Program-made: the position numbers and the translations under genes
Part shown: positions 40,907 through 50,328 of the stretch, piece by piece
Position numbering within the stretch: the first letter of the stretch is position 1
Layout: each line of letters starts with the position of its first letter
Notes under the pieces: model-generated
The model's input: the letters and a program-made list of their open reading frames with translations, nothing else
Database searches by the model: none
What the model was told of the DNA's origin: nothing
From: Promethearchaeota archaeon
Lineage (GTDB): Archaea > Asgardarchaeota > Lokiarchaeia > Sigyniarchaeales > SOKP01
Reading direction: 5' to 3'
Assembly: GCA_019058365.1 (NCBI GenBank)
Contig: JAHPZE010000002.1
Span: 224,001 to 288,000, forward strand
Length of the DNA: 64,000 bases

Positions 40907-41791
40907 TTATTTTACTAGTTTTACAATATTTTCCTTTATTGTAATGAAACCTTCTTTTTCTAATTGATATAGAATCTTTTCTAATCTTTTAGAGTCATTA
41001 ATTTTAATTCTTTTCTGGATTTCTAGTATATCTAGCGTTTTAGCATCAATTAACATTTTTAAAAGTTTTCCCCTAATTTGTCGTGATGAACCTTTAAATG
41101 GTGCTTGCTTTCGATAATGAACACTTTTCTTATTTAATTCTGGATGTGTTCTTTTAAGCATTACACCATAATCCATGAGAGCGTAATACCATTCACGAGG
41201 GTTATTCTTATCAACAGTAAGTTTTACAATTGGTAAAATTTCTTTATCATGAACATTAATTTTTTTAGGAAAGAAAAAGTAAATATAAACTCTTCTTACA
41301 TTGGTCTCAATGAAGGCTGTAGGTTTATTAAACGCAAATGTTATAATTGAAGAAGCTGTATTATGACCTATTTGAGGAAAAGATTCCAATATTTCTTTAG
41401 AGTCTGGAAGCTCCCCGTTATAATCTCTGATAACAATTTCTGCAATTTTTTTTAATGCTACAGCTCTTCTATTATATCCTAAACCTTTCCATTCTCTAAG
41501 AATAACATCAAGTGGAGCTTGCGATAATGTTAAAAAATTTGGAAATTTCTCTGTGAATTTCAAAAACTTTTCTGAAACCCTCTCCGTTTGAGTCTGTTGA
41601 AGCATAATTTCTGAAACTAATACATTATAGGGAGTAATATTTTCTCTGAAAGGAAATTTTCTCTTATGATTTGTAAAATATTCGTAAATAAAATTCTGAA
41701 ATGAGTTTATGACCTCATTAATTAATCCCTTTTCTTTATATGATTTGTAGAAGTCGGTGATGAATAAATTTTCACTAATTCTAAACATCAA
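40907..41791 (-). CDS. mutY: MutY-like HhH-GPD adenine glycosylase lacking the FeS motif
   Basis: PYNVLVSEIMLQQTQ, WKGLGYNRRA, HhH, ETNVRRV, ALMDYG. Confidence 0.85.
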   Translation of the reverse strand: MMFRISENLFITDFYKSYKEKGLINEVINSFQNFIYEYFTNHKRKFPFRENITPYNVLVSEIMLQQTQTERVSEKFLKFTEKFPNFLTLSQAPLDVILREWKGLGYNRRAVALKKIAEIVIRDYNGELPDSKEILESFPQIGHNTASSIITFAFNKPTAFIETNVRRVYIYFFFPKKINVHDKEILPIVKLTVDKNNPREWYYALMDYGVMLKRTHPELNKKSVHYRKQAPFKGSSRQIRGKLLKMLIDAKTLDILEIQKRIKINDSKRLEKILYQLEKEGFITIKENIVKLVK

Positions 41792-41882
41792 GAACCAACA
41801 AATGAATAGTAAATTAGATTAACTACTCAAGGAAAAATAATTTATGGATTTTAAATTATAATTATTGCTAAAGGTTACAATC

Positions 41883-43787
41883 TCAATTAAGATCAAAAGC
41901 GAACACAGTAACTCCTCCCTCTATTCTTTTAAGGTTTAGAGAATAACCCGAGCTATTAATAATATGAAGCATTGATTTATTTTCAAGCAGAATTGATCCA
42001 GAAAATGTTCTATAATTAAGCTCTTTTCCAATCTTTACTAAATAATTTAACAAATATTTAGTTATTCCTAGATTTCTCCAATCTTTATGAACAACAAATG
42101 CTAACTCAGCAATAGAAGGTTGATGTGCTTTAAAAAACGCACCTAAAGCGATAATTTTACTCTCTCCATTCTCACTAATTTCTGCTACCAAAATCATATC
42201 AGTGGAGTAATCTATATTCACCATTGGTTGAATTTTTCTATGTCTAAAATCTTTAATAGGAGTAAAAAATCTTAAGTATCTATCTCTTTCATCTAAGGAA
42301 TAATGAAGTTCTTGAATCATCCTCTCATCTGTTGGTTTAACAGGACGGATTTTTATTGTTTTTCCATTTTTAAGCTTTAAGAAGGTTTCATACTTTTCAG
42401 GATAAATACTTATTCTTCCATCAATTGAAATTGGTAATGTTTGGTCTGAATATATATACTTCCACTTTTTAGCATGCTTCAATAATCCTTCTCGAAAATC
42501 AGGGTGAGCAATATTTATCATTTCGAGTACTCTTTCTCGTATACTTTTTCCATAAAGATAAGCAATACCCCATTCAGTAACTACATAATGGATGTCTCCT
42601 CTTGTTATTACAACACCAGAACCAGGTTGAAGGAAAGGTACTATTCTAGACACTAAAGTCCCATCTTTTAATGTTGCAGTAGATGGTAGAGTCATAATAG
42701 GTTTTCCATCTATAGATCTTCCAGCACCTCTTACAAAATCAACTTGGCCACCAATTCCGCTATAAAATCTGTGTCCTAAAGAATCTGAATTCACTTGACC
42801 CGTTAAATCAACACTTAAAGCAGCATTTATAGCCACTTGCTTTTTATTTTGACTAATTATAAATGGGTCATTTGTATAATCACAAGGATGAAACTCCACC
42901 ATAGGATTATCGTCAACAAAATTATACAATCTTTTTGAACCCATGACAAATGAACAAATAATTTTATCCTTATGTAATGTTTTTTTTTTACAAGTTATTA
43001 CACCGTTTTCCACGAGATCTACAATCCCATCTGAAAAAACCTCACTATGAACGCCCAAATCTTTCTTATCTAGTAATTCTTTTGTAACTGCATTAGGAAT
43101 CTCTCCTATTCCCATTTGAATAGTTGACTCATCTTCAATTAAAGATGCAACAAATTTAGCTATTTTAGTAGAAACATCATCCAACTCACCATAGCTAAAT
43201 TCAATAATATCATGCTCACTTAAAACAAAAGCATCTATATCATCCATATGAATAAATGAATTACCTAAAGTACGGGGCATTTTCGGATTTATCTCAGCTA
43301 CAACTTTTTCAGCAGATTCAGCTATTGGTTTAACAATGTCAATATTAATTCCGTAACTACAGAAGCCGTATCGATCAGGTGGACTTACTTGAATTAATGC
43401 TGCGTCTACATGCATCTTTCCGGATGTAAATAACTTTGGAATTTCAGAAAGAAGCATTGGAGTATAATCTGCTTGGGCTCCTTCCACGTATTTACGTAAA
43501 GATTTTCCTATAAAAAATGCGTTATGTCTAAATAAGTCTTCTATACCACCCGCAGTTTCATAATAATCCAAATCACTAAGGCTGAGAAAATGTAATATTT
43601 CTACATCCGGAATCTTCAATCCAAGTTCAATTAATTTTTTAGTAAGATCAATAGGTTCAGCACACCCAGAATCGATAAAAATTCGATCTCCTGGGTTAAT
43701 ATAGTCTCTAATTGCGTTATCAAAAGAAACCTGCTTCTTACTATAATCTTGCAATGAGTGTGGGAGATCTTTGTTCATATTAGGCAA
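41883..43787 (-). CDS. Acetyl-CoA hydrolase/CoA-transferase fused to a GNAT domain
   Basis: QVSPPD..G..S.G, QMGIG, HSE, SGIGGQVDFVRGA, VTEWG; C-terminal RYLRFF..AELAFVVHKDWRNLGI. Confidence 0.92.
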   Translation of the reverse strand: MPNMNKDLPHSLQDYSKKQVSFDNAIRDYINPGDRIFIDSGCAEPIDLTKKLIELGLKIPDVEILHFLSLSDLDYYETAGGIEDLFRHNAFFIGKSLRKYVEGAQADYTPMLLSEIPKLFTSGKMHVDAALIQVSPPDRYGFCSYGINIDIVKPIAESAEKVVAEINPKMPRTLGNSFIHMDDIDAFVLSEHDIIEFSYGELDDVSTKIAKFVASLIEDESTIQMGIGEIPNAVTKELLDKKDLGVHSEVFSDGIVDLVENGVITCKKKTLHKDKIICSFVMGSKRLYNFVDDNPMVEFHPCDYTNDPFIISQNKKQVAINAALSVDLTGQVNSDSLGHRFYSGIGGQVDFVRGAGRSIDGKPIMTLPSTATLKDGTLVSRIVPFLQPGSGVVITRGDIHYVVTEWGIAYLYGKSIRERVLEMINIAHPDFREGLLKHAKKWKYIYSDQTLPISIDGRISIYPEKYETFLKLKNGKTIKIRPVKPTDERMIQELHYSLDERDRYLRFFTPIKDFRHRKIQPMVNIDYSTDMILVAEISENGESKIIALGAFFKAHQPSIAELAFVVHKDWRNLGITKYLLNYLVKIGKELNYRTFSGSILLENKSMLHIINSSGYSLNLKRIEGGVTVFAFDLN

Positions 43788-44117
43788 GAAATCACCTTTA
43801 TATTTCAGAAATATATTTAAAATAGTCTTTTTTGGATTTTAAATATAATTATGAGTAATTGAAAGTTAAGTAATTTTTAAATTAAATTACAATTAAAAAT
43901 TTATCAGTTTAATTCAGAATTACATAAAAATAAACTTAGCTAACGTGCAATTTTAACATTTTTTTTTAAACTCTTTAGTAATTTTCTTTTTTTAAAAATG
44001 TCTAGGCTATTGTTATTTAACTGCAAACAGGATTTCAAAGATAAATAATCAATAATAAATATTTAATTTCTTTTTAGAACTTATATTTCTATAAAAAATG
44101 ATTTTCTTAGATTTTAA

Positions 44118-44456
44118 ATGGGAAAAGATAAGATTGATATTGAAGATTTAGAAGCTTTCATTAATGGATTGAAAGATTCATTTGACACTTTAGAGAATAT
44201 TGATCCAATACAAACTAAGGGATTCCAAGCACAAATGGCAAAAGCTATTTCAGATTTAAGGTCTAAAAGAGCCGCAAAAATTGAACCTCTTCCAAAACAT
44301 ATAGGGCATTTTAAAAAAGAAGATCTTAAAAATTACTTATTAAAGGAACTAGAGTCTTTACAAGATCTTTTAGATTCTTCTGATTATAATAGGAGAAGAA
44401 AATTTGAATTAGTAAAAAAGATCGCTCTAATACGGGAGCAAGTAAATAATATGTAA
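44118..44456 (+). CDS. Hypothetical protein
   Basis: 112-aa helical ORF upstream of tatD. Confidence 0.55.
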   Translation: MGKDKIDIEDLEAFINGLKDSFDTLENIDPIQTKGFQAQMAKAISDLRSKRAAKIEPLPKHIGHFKKEDLKNYLLKELESLQDLLDSSDYNRRRKFELVKKIALIREQVNNM

Positions 44457-44486
44457 ACTTTTTATTTTTGTTAATATTAAGAGGGT

Positions 44487-45248
44487 TTGAAAATGCTAAT
44501 AGATATACATTGTCATGCTAATCTCTATTTAGTTCTTGAGGAAATCATTAAAGATGCAAAAAACGTAGGAGTACAAAAGATAATCTCTGTTGGAATGAGT
44601 TTTATTAGTTTAGAAAGGATCTTAGAAATTTCCAAAAAATTTGATAACATCTATCCTGCATTAGGTATCCATCCAGAAGAAGTAAAGATGAATAAAAATA
44701 TCGGAAATCAAATAGATTTAGCAATTGATCTAATTAAAGAAAATAAAGATTATATTTGTGCCATAGGAGAAATTGGTTTGGATCATCATTTTATTAAAGA
44801 GAAAGAGCTATATACACTTCAAAAGAAAATTTTTGAAGACATGCTTTCATTAGCACAAGAATTAGAATTACCCGTTAATTTGCACACTAAGGGTGCAGAA
44901 AAGATTGTATTCGATATACTTCCATCATATAAAATACCTAATATTAATATTCATTGGTATTCTGGTCCTGAAGATCTTCTGAATGTAGGAATTGATAGAG
45001 GTTATTACTTCTCAATTACTCCTGCAATTAATTATTCTTCCGCAGTCAAAAAGACAGTTTTAAGGGTTGACAAAGAATTTCTTTTACTTGAAAGTGATGG
45101 CCCAGTTAAATATTCGGGAAAAATTGGTACACCTGCAATGATTAGAGACGTGTTAAATACAATCTCTAATATTATAAAAATCAATTCTAAAGATTTAGAA
45201 TTGCAGATCGAAGAAAATACTAAGAAAATTTTTCCTAAAATCTTTTAA
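44487..45248 (+). CDS. tatD: TatD family nuclease
   Basis: IDIHCH, GIHP, AIGEIGLD, NLH, IHW, LLESDGP. Confidence 0.93.
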   Translation: MKMLIDIHCHANLYLVLEEIIKDAKNVGVQKIISVGMSFISLERILEISKKFDNIYPALGIHPEEVKMNKNIGNQIDLAIDLIKENKDYICAIGEIGLDHHFIKEKELYTLQKKIFEDMLSLAQELELPVNLHTKGAEKIVFDILPSYKIPNINIHWYSGPEDLLNVGIDRGYYFSITPAINYSSAVKKTVLRVDKEFLLLESDGPVKYSGKIGTPAMIRDVLNTISNIIKINSKDLELQIEENTKKIFPKIF

Positions 45249-45255
45249 ATTTTCT

Positions 45256-46308
45256 TTACTTACCTTTAAGAGTTTTTTCTATACCTTCCCAAAGACCGGA
45301 TATATAAATTGAACCAAGAGCTCTATCATATAATCCATATCCAGGACGTCCTTTTTCTCCCCAAATCATTCTCCCATGGTCAGGACGAATCGCACCTGTG
45401 AACCCTACTTCTATAAAAGCTTTTATTACTTCATACATATTAATATCTCCAAATTCAGTAGGGTGTTCAACTTCATGAAAACTATATTCACCCGTATGCT
45501 TGATATTACGACAATGAGCAAATGGAATACGCTCCATAGCCCCAAACTTTCTTATACTTTTTATTAAATCTATTTTTGGATTTGCACCAAGAGATCCTGT
45601 ACAAAAAGTTATTCCATTTGATGGACTATCAACAATCTTTACAAAATGTTCTAAAGCAGCCTCATCAGTAATTATACGAGGTAAATTAAATATGGGCCAT
45701 GGGGGATCATCAGGATGAATACCCATTTTTACACCAGATTCTTCTGCAACGGGAATAACTTGCTTTAAGAAATATTCCAAATTCGACCATAGTTTCTTTT
45801 CATCAGTATCTGAATAAGCATCCAATAGGTCATCCAATTCTTTTTTTTTATATTGAGTTGCCCAACCAGGTAGTTCTAATGTACCTTCCCTAAGATTTAT
45901 ATTTTTTAATTGTTCATGATCATAACTTAGAACATTTGAGCCATCAGAAATTTCCAAATTGAGTTCAGTACGAGTCCAATCAAACACCGGCATAAAGTTA
46001 TAACACAAAACTCTAATACCAAGAGAAGCCATATTACGAATACTTTGGCAATAGTTATCTATAAATTCATCGCGAGTGGGAAGCCCTAGCTTGATATCCT
46101 CGTGAATAGGAATGCTTTCGATAACTGAAAATTTCAATCCTTCAGCTTCAATCTTTCTTTTAAGCAATTTTAATTTCTCTGTAGACCATACATCACCTAT
46201 ATTTACATCATATAATGCTGATACAATTCCAGTTACTCTCGGGATCTGTTTTATATACTTTAGTGGTATTGGATCATTATCACCATACCAGCGGAATGTC
46301 ATTTCCAT
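45256..46308 (-). CDS. uxuA: Mannonate dehydratase
   Basis: MTFRWYG, ESIPIHEDIK, CYNFMPVFDWTRT, IHPDDPP, CTGSLG, RPDHGRMIW..RPGYGLYDRALG. Confidence 0.96.
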   Translation of the reverse strand: MEMTFRWYGDNDPIPLKYIKQIPRVTGIVSALYDVNIGDVWSTEKLKLLKRKIEAEGLKFSVIESIPIHEDIKLGLPTRDEFIDNYCQSIRNMASLGIRVLCYNFMPVFDWTRTELNLEISDGSNVLSYDHEQLKNINLREGTLELPGWATQYKKKELDDLLDAYSDTDEKKLWSNLEYFLKQVIPVAEESGVKMGIHPDDPPWPIFNLPRIITDEAALEHFVKIVDSPSNGITFCTGSLGANPKIDLIKSIRKFGAMERIPFAHCRNIKHTGEYSFHEVEHPTEFGDINMYEVIKAFIEVGFTGAIRPDHGRMIWGEKGRPGYGLYDRALGSIYISGLWEGIEKTLKGK

Positions 46309-46335
46309 TTTGAATCACCTTAAATAATTGAAATT

Positions 46336-47193
46336 TTAGACCCCCGCATATGCAGAAAACCCTCCATCAACGGGAATAACAATTCCATTAACAAAACTAG
46401 AAGCTTTTTCATCAATTAACCATAAAAGAGTTCCAATTAACTCTTCTGGTTCGCCAAAACGTCCCATTGGAGTGTTATTAAGAATTTTTTCTGCTCGAGC
46501 GTTAAATGAACCATCTTTATTAGTTAATAGTATACGATTTTGTTCTGTTAAAAAGAAGCCTGGTGCTATAGCATTAACTCGGATTTTTACTTTAGACATA
46601 TGTACGGCTAACCACTGAGTAAAATTACTTACTGCTGCTTTTGCAGCACTGTATGCAGGGATTTTGGTTAAGGGACGAATTGCATTCATTGATGCTATAT
46701 TAATGATTATCGCATCTTTTTCGGTCATCATCTTTTTAGCAAATACTTGAGTTGCTAAAAACATTCCAATAAAATTCAAATTGAAGATAAATTCAATGCC
46801 TTCTTTTTCTAAATCAAAAAAAGTAATAATTCCTTTTTGCTTATTTGTTAAATCTTCCATGGTGAGATATTCCTTTGATGTAGTAGCTTTTGGATGATTA
46901 CCTCCTGCTCCATTTATCAAGATACTCCAAGAACCAAATTCTTTTGAAATAATCCTTTCAGCTTTCTTTAGGCTTTCCATATCTAATACATCTGCCTTAA
47001 CTGAGATTGCAACTCCTTGTTTTGAATTGATTTTATCTACTACCTTCTCAGCTGCGTCTTTATTAATATCGATAATAGCAACTTTTACCCCACACTCTGC
47101 CAGAGCTTCTGAAAAACATCCACAGAGGACTCCGGCACCACCCGTTATTATAGCAACTTTACCCTCTAAATTGATTTTTAAAGGTAAATTCAT
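46336..47193 (-). CDS. uxuB: D-mannonate oxidoreductase (SDR, fructuronate reductase)
   Basis: TGGAGVL, NGAGGNHPKATT, PLTKIPAYSAAKAA, NAIAPGFF; adjacent to uxuA. Confidence 0.88.
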   Translation of the reverse strand: MNLPLKINLEGKVAIITGGAGVLCGCFSEALAECGVKVAIIDINKDAAEKVVDKINSKQGVAISVKADVLDMESLKKAERIISKEFGSWSILINGAGGNHPKATTSKEYLTMEDLTNKQKGIITFFDLEKEGIEFIFNLNFIGMFLATQVFAKKMMTEKDAIIINIASMNAIRPLTKIPAYSAAKAAVSNFTQWLAVHMSKVKIRVNAIAPGFFLTEQNRILLTNKDGSFNARAEKILNNTPMGRFGEPEELIGTLLWLIDEKASSFVNGIVIPVDGGFSAYAGV

Positions 47194-47277
47194 ATAATTC
47201 TCACGATTTTTTTATTAAATTTGAGTAATTTAAAGGAGTGAATAATAATTCTTAATTAAATATTGCATGTACTAGTA

Positions 47278-48297
47278 TTAGTCTTTTTCCATTAATTTAA
47301 TAATTTCTTCTGGGAGTTCTCCTTTATTTTTCATACGATTCAACATGTCTTTTACTTCAGAGAGTGTATTTCCATAAATATGGAGAGAATTACTAAAATC
47401 TAAATAATGCCCAATATCAACTCCTAATTGATCAGCAACGTATTTTTGGATTCTAATCATTCCATTTACATTAGCTTCCCATGCTCGAAATAAATCTCTA
47501 CTCCTCCAAGTTGTTTGGATTATTAACTTTCCCTCTTTTATACGCATATAGATTCGTTGTAAACAAGGAGGATCTACATGATAGGGATCTATTAAAGGTC
47601 TCCATGTTATTGCTTGCGCTCGACGGCTATATGGTTTTTCTCTTAATTTCTGAATTATATATTCGATTTGATTGATTCTTGGAAAATTTAAAATCCCTAT
47701 TGGTATTTTATCTATACCAATTTTATCTGAAATTTTTTTGTCTAATTCAAATTCAACACCATCCTTTAGCTTCCATATATCTGTATCTTCTGTAGATTTT
47801 ATCTTTTCTGCTTTAATTAACTTCTGATGGTGTTTTATAAAATCAGTATCCACGAATTCTAAATCATAATATCTATGAATTGTATCTTCAAGCGCAAATG
47901 GTGCATAATTGAAAATTCTATCATGATAGGAATATGGAAAACTCACACCAGAGTCATATATAAAATGATCATTGACTCCTTCCAAAATCTCTTCAATATA
48001 ACCGCTCTGTATAGATCCAACTAAATAAGTATCTGCAATACAACCATAGATTTCATAAGAATTTCCATACTTTGATTTAATTTTCATAATTTTGTCCTTT
48101 CGCATAACAGGACTGCTAAATGGATTAATGATTTCTATTAATACTGTAGCATCTTTAGAGGGTGGATCTTCAGGTTTATCATATTCAGTTTTTATATCAT
48201 CTCCTTTGAATAATACTTGCCCCACAGCTGAAAGCCATGCGTCTCGAACATTATTTTTTGAAATGAAAAAAACTTTTGCCATTTTTGAGCACCACAA
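47278..48297 (-). CDS. thyA: Archaeal thymidylate synthase-like protein with insertions
   Basis: FPYSYHDRI, SRRAQAITW, DPPCLQ, WRSRD..AWEAN, SLHIY. Confidence 0.85.
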   Translation of the reverse strand: MWCSKMAKVFFISKNNVRDAWLSAVGQVLFKGDDIKTEYDKPEDPPSKDATVLIEIINPFSSPVMRKDKIMKIKSKYGNSYEIYGCIADTYLVGSIQSGYIEEILEGVNDHFIYDSGVSFPYSYHDRIFNYAPFALEDTIHRYYDLEFVDTDFIKHHQKLIKAEKIKSTEDTDIWKLKDGVEFELDKKISDKIGIDKIPIGILNFPRINQIEYIIQKLREKPYSRRAQAITWRPLIDPYHVDPPCLQRIYMRIKEGKLIIQTTWRSRDLFRAWEANVNGMIRIQKYVADQLGVDIGHYLDFSNSLHIYGNTLSEVKDMLNRMKNKGELPEEIIKLMEKD

Positions 48298-48574
48298 AAA
48301 AATTATTTCAATATCTATTGATATAGATATTTATAATATACAATATTAGAATGTAATTGTTAAATTTTTAATAAACTTCTATTGACTATCATAAATTTTT
48401 AATTTTCCAAAATAAGTATATTTTAGTTCAAGATTATTTTACAATTTTATAGCATTTATAATGCCCAAATTTACATTATGTTAACATAAGAATATAACAA
48501 AATTTTATCAGAATTTATTTTAAAGAAACAATTACGAATTATAAGCTAATTAACTGACAATTGGTTGAAGTATT

Positions 48575-48775
48575 ATGGGTGACGATAAGGAAAAAAAGAA
48601 AAAAAGTAAATTTGGAAAGAATTTAAAGAAAGGTTTTGCAAAAGGTTTAGGGAAAGTAGTGGAAGGAGTTAGTGGCTCAGAAGCAGCAGGTAAAGGTATT
48701 AAAAAGACTGTTAAATCTGGAAGCGTGAAAAAAGGGGTTAAAAAGGGAGTTAAGGAAGTAAAAGAGGACGATTAA
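48575..48775 (+). CDS. Small Lys/Gly-rich protein
   Basis: 66 aa, ATG start, KKG(F/V) repeats, purine-rich coding-like composition. Confidence 0.6.
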   Translation: MGDDKEKKKKSKFGKNLKKGFAKGLGKVVEGVSGSEAAGKGIKKTVKSGSVKKGVKKGVKEVKEDD

Positions 48776-48893
48776 TTCTATTCAAGAAATTAAAATTCTT
48801 AATAACTTCTTATTTTTTATTATAATTATATTTTTAATAATAAAATCATATTAAATTTATAGAAAATATAAATAAAAGAGTTTATATTTAAAA

Positions 48894-49184
48894 ATGAAGG
48901 TAGATCTCGAATTTTCCCCACCTTTTAATGAAGTATCAAAAAATCTGTTCGAAACACTTGAACTTGATAAAGAATTGACTTTAGATGAATTAATAGATTT
49001 TTTTGGACAAAAATATGGAAAGAAATTTATTGACTTAATCTGGGAAAATGGAGAGAAGGGAAAGTTTAACAAACTTCTTTCTATCATTATTAATGGAATA
49101 AGTTATCGAGATGATAATTTTTTAGAAACTAAAATTAAAGACGGAGACCAGATTGTTTTTATATATATTTATTTTGGAGGGTAA
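48894..49184 (+). CDS. MoaD/ThiS/SAMP ubiquitin-like protein
   Basis: IIING..LET.IKDGD.I.F..GG C-terminus. Confidence 0.88.
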   Translation: MKVDLEFSPPFNEVSKNLFETLELDKELTLDELIDFFGQKYGKKFIDLIWENGEKGKFNKLLSIIINGISYRDDNFLETKIKDGDQIVFIYIYFGG

Positions 49185-49226
49185 ATTTTCTTAATTCTAA
49201 TTCACTATTTCTTACCTAAAAATATT

Positions 49227-50258
49227 TTAAAGCAAATATATTATCCACATTCCAAATCCAGTTAATATTGGATTTAAAATATTATCAGAAATATTCTTTG
49301 TAAAAGCATCTACTAATAAAAATAACAAAGTAGCAATCAGACTCATAAGAATAATTTTTTCAAAACTAACCGATAACCAAGGATGATAAATCATTGAAAT
49401 TGAAAAAACTATTATAAAGGTCGCAAAACCACCAGCTATGAACCCTTCAATAGTTTTTTTATTATTTGTTTTAAGACTATGTTTCCCATATTCTTTACCT
49501 ATTAGACACGCTACCGCATCAGCTCCAGTAGTTATTAAAGCGACTGATGCAAGAATTGGAAAAGGTGCGAATATGAAAGGAACAAAAGATAGAACTAAGG
49601 GTGTAGATGCTACGAATGTGTGTAATTCACTTTGTTTCATATCTTGATACCAACTTTTAGCCCAATTAGGGAGCATGTAAAATCTATTTAAGCGTGCTAA
49701 ATCTGCAACCTGAAACATTATAACAAAACCAAATCCTACAGTGATTATCAACCAGTATGAGAAACTATAATTATCTAATCCCCATTGAGTTAAAACGCCT
49801 AGATCATTAAGGATTGTTCCTAATGTCCAAAAGAAAAAAATTACAAAACAGGTAAACAGATGCAGGAATTTTCTCCCTAATTCGCTTTTTAAATCATCTT
49901 TCCAATTTTTGTTAAATTCATCACAGAATTTACCATAATCTCTTTGAGCCATAATTTCAGGATTTTTTTTCGAGATCACAGCATTATAGATTAATGTAAA
50001 AACCCAAACTGTCATCTCGATTGAAAGAAAGAGGGATGTAAAAAGCCATAAGTAATTCAATGAATTTTGACTCAAATTGGGTGAATGAAAACGATATATA
50101 AAAGGAAATGAAATTCCTGCTAATAAAAATAGAAACGCTATTAATAATTCATTAGTAAATAAATGATTTTCAACCTTAATCTTTCTATTTTTTAAAATAT
50201 ATATTAAAGTTAAAATAAAATATCCAATGAAAATTAGGCTTGTAGGTAAAAAATACAT
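49227..50258 (-). CDS. CTP-dependent dolichol/phytol/diacylglycerol kinase family membrane protein
   Basis: RKFLH, GADAVACLIGKEYG, KKTIEG, DNILNP. Confidence 0.82.
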   Translation of the reverse strand: MYFLPTSLIFIGYFILTLIYILKNRKIKVENHLFTNELLIAFLFLLAGISFPFIYRFHSPNLSQNSLNYLWLFTSLFLSIEMTVWVFTLIYNAVISKKNPEIMAQRDYGKFCDEFNKNWKDDLKSELGRKFLHLFTCFVIFFFWTLGTILNDLGVLTQWGLDNYSFSYWLIITVGFGFVIMFQVADLARLNRFYMLPNWAKSWYQDMKQSELHTFVASTPLVLSFVPFIFAPFPILASVALITTGADAVACLIGKEYGKHSLKTNNKKTIEGFIAGGFATFIIVFSISMIYHPWLSVSFEKIILMSLIATLLFLLVDAFTKNISDNILNPILTGFGMWIIYLL

Positions 50259-50328
50259 ATTGTTATCCTTTAAAGGTGAATAATTTAAAAATTTTTACAG
50301 CCTTAAACAAATTCGATTTCACTCCTCA

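Noticed and set aside
48459-48486. dif-like site (TTATGTTAA resembles a XerD arm)
   Set aside because: The left arm is not complementary or XerC-like; better explained by the local 14-bp palindrome
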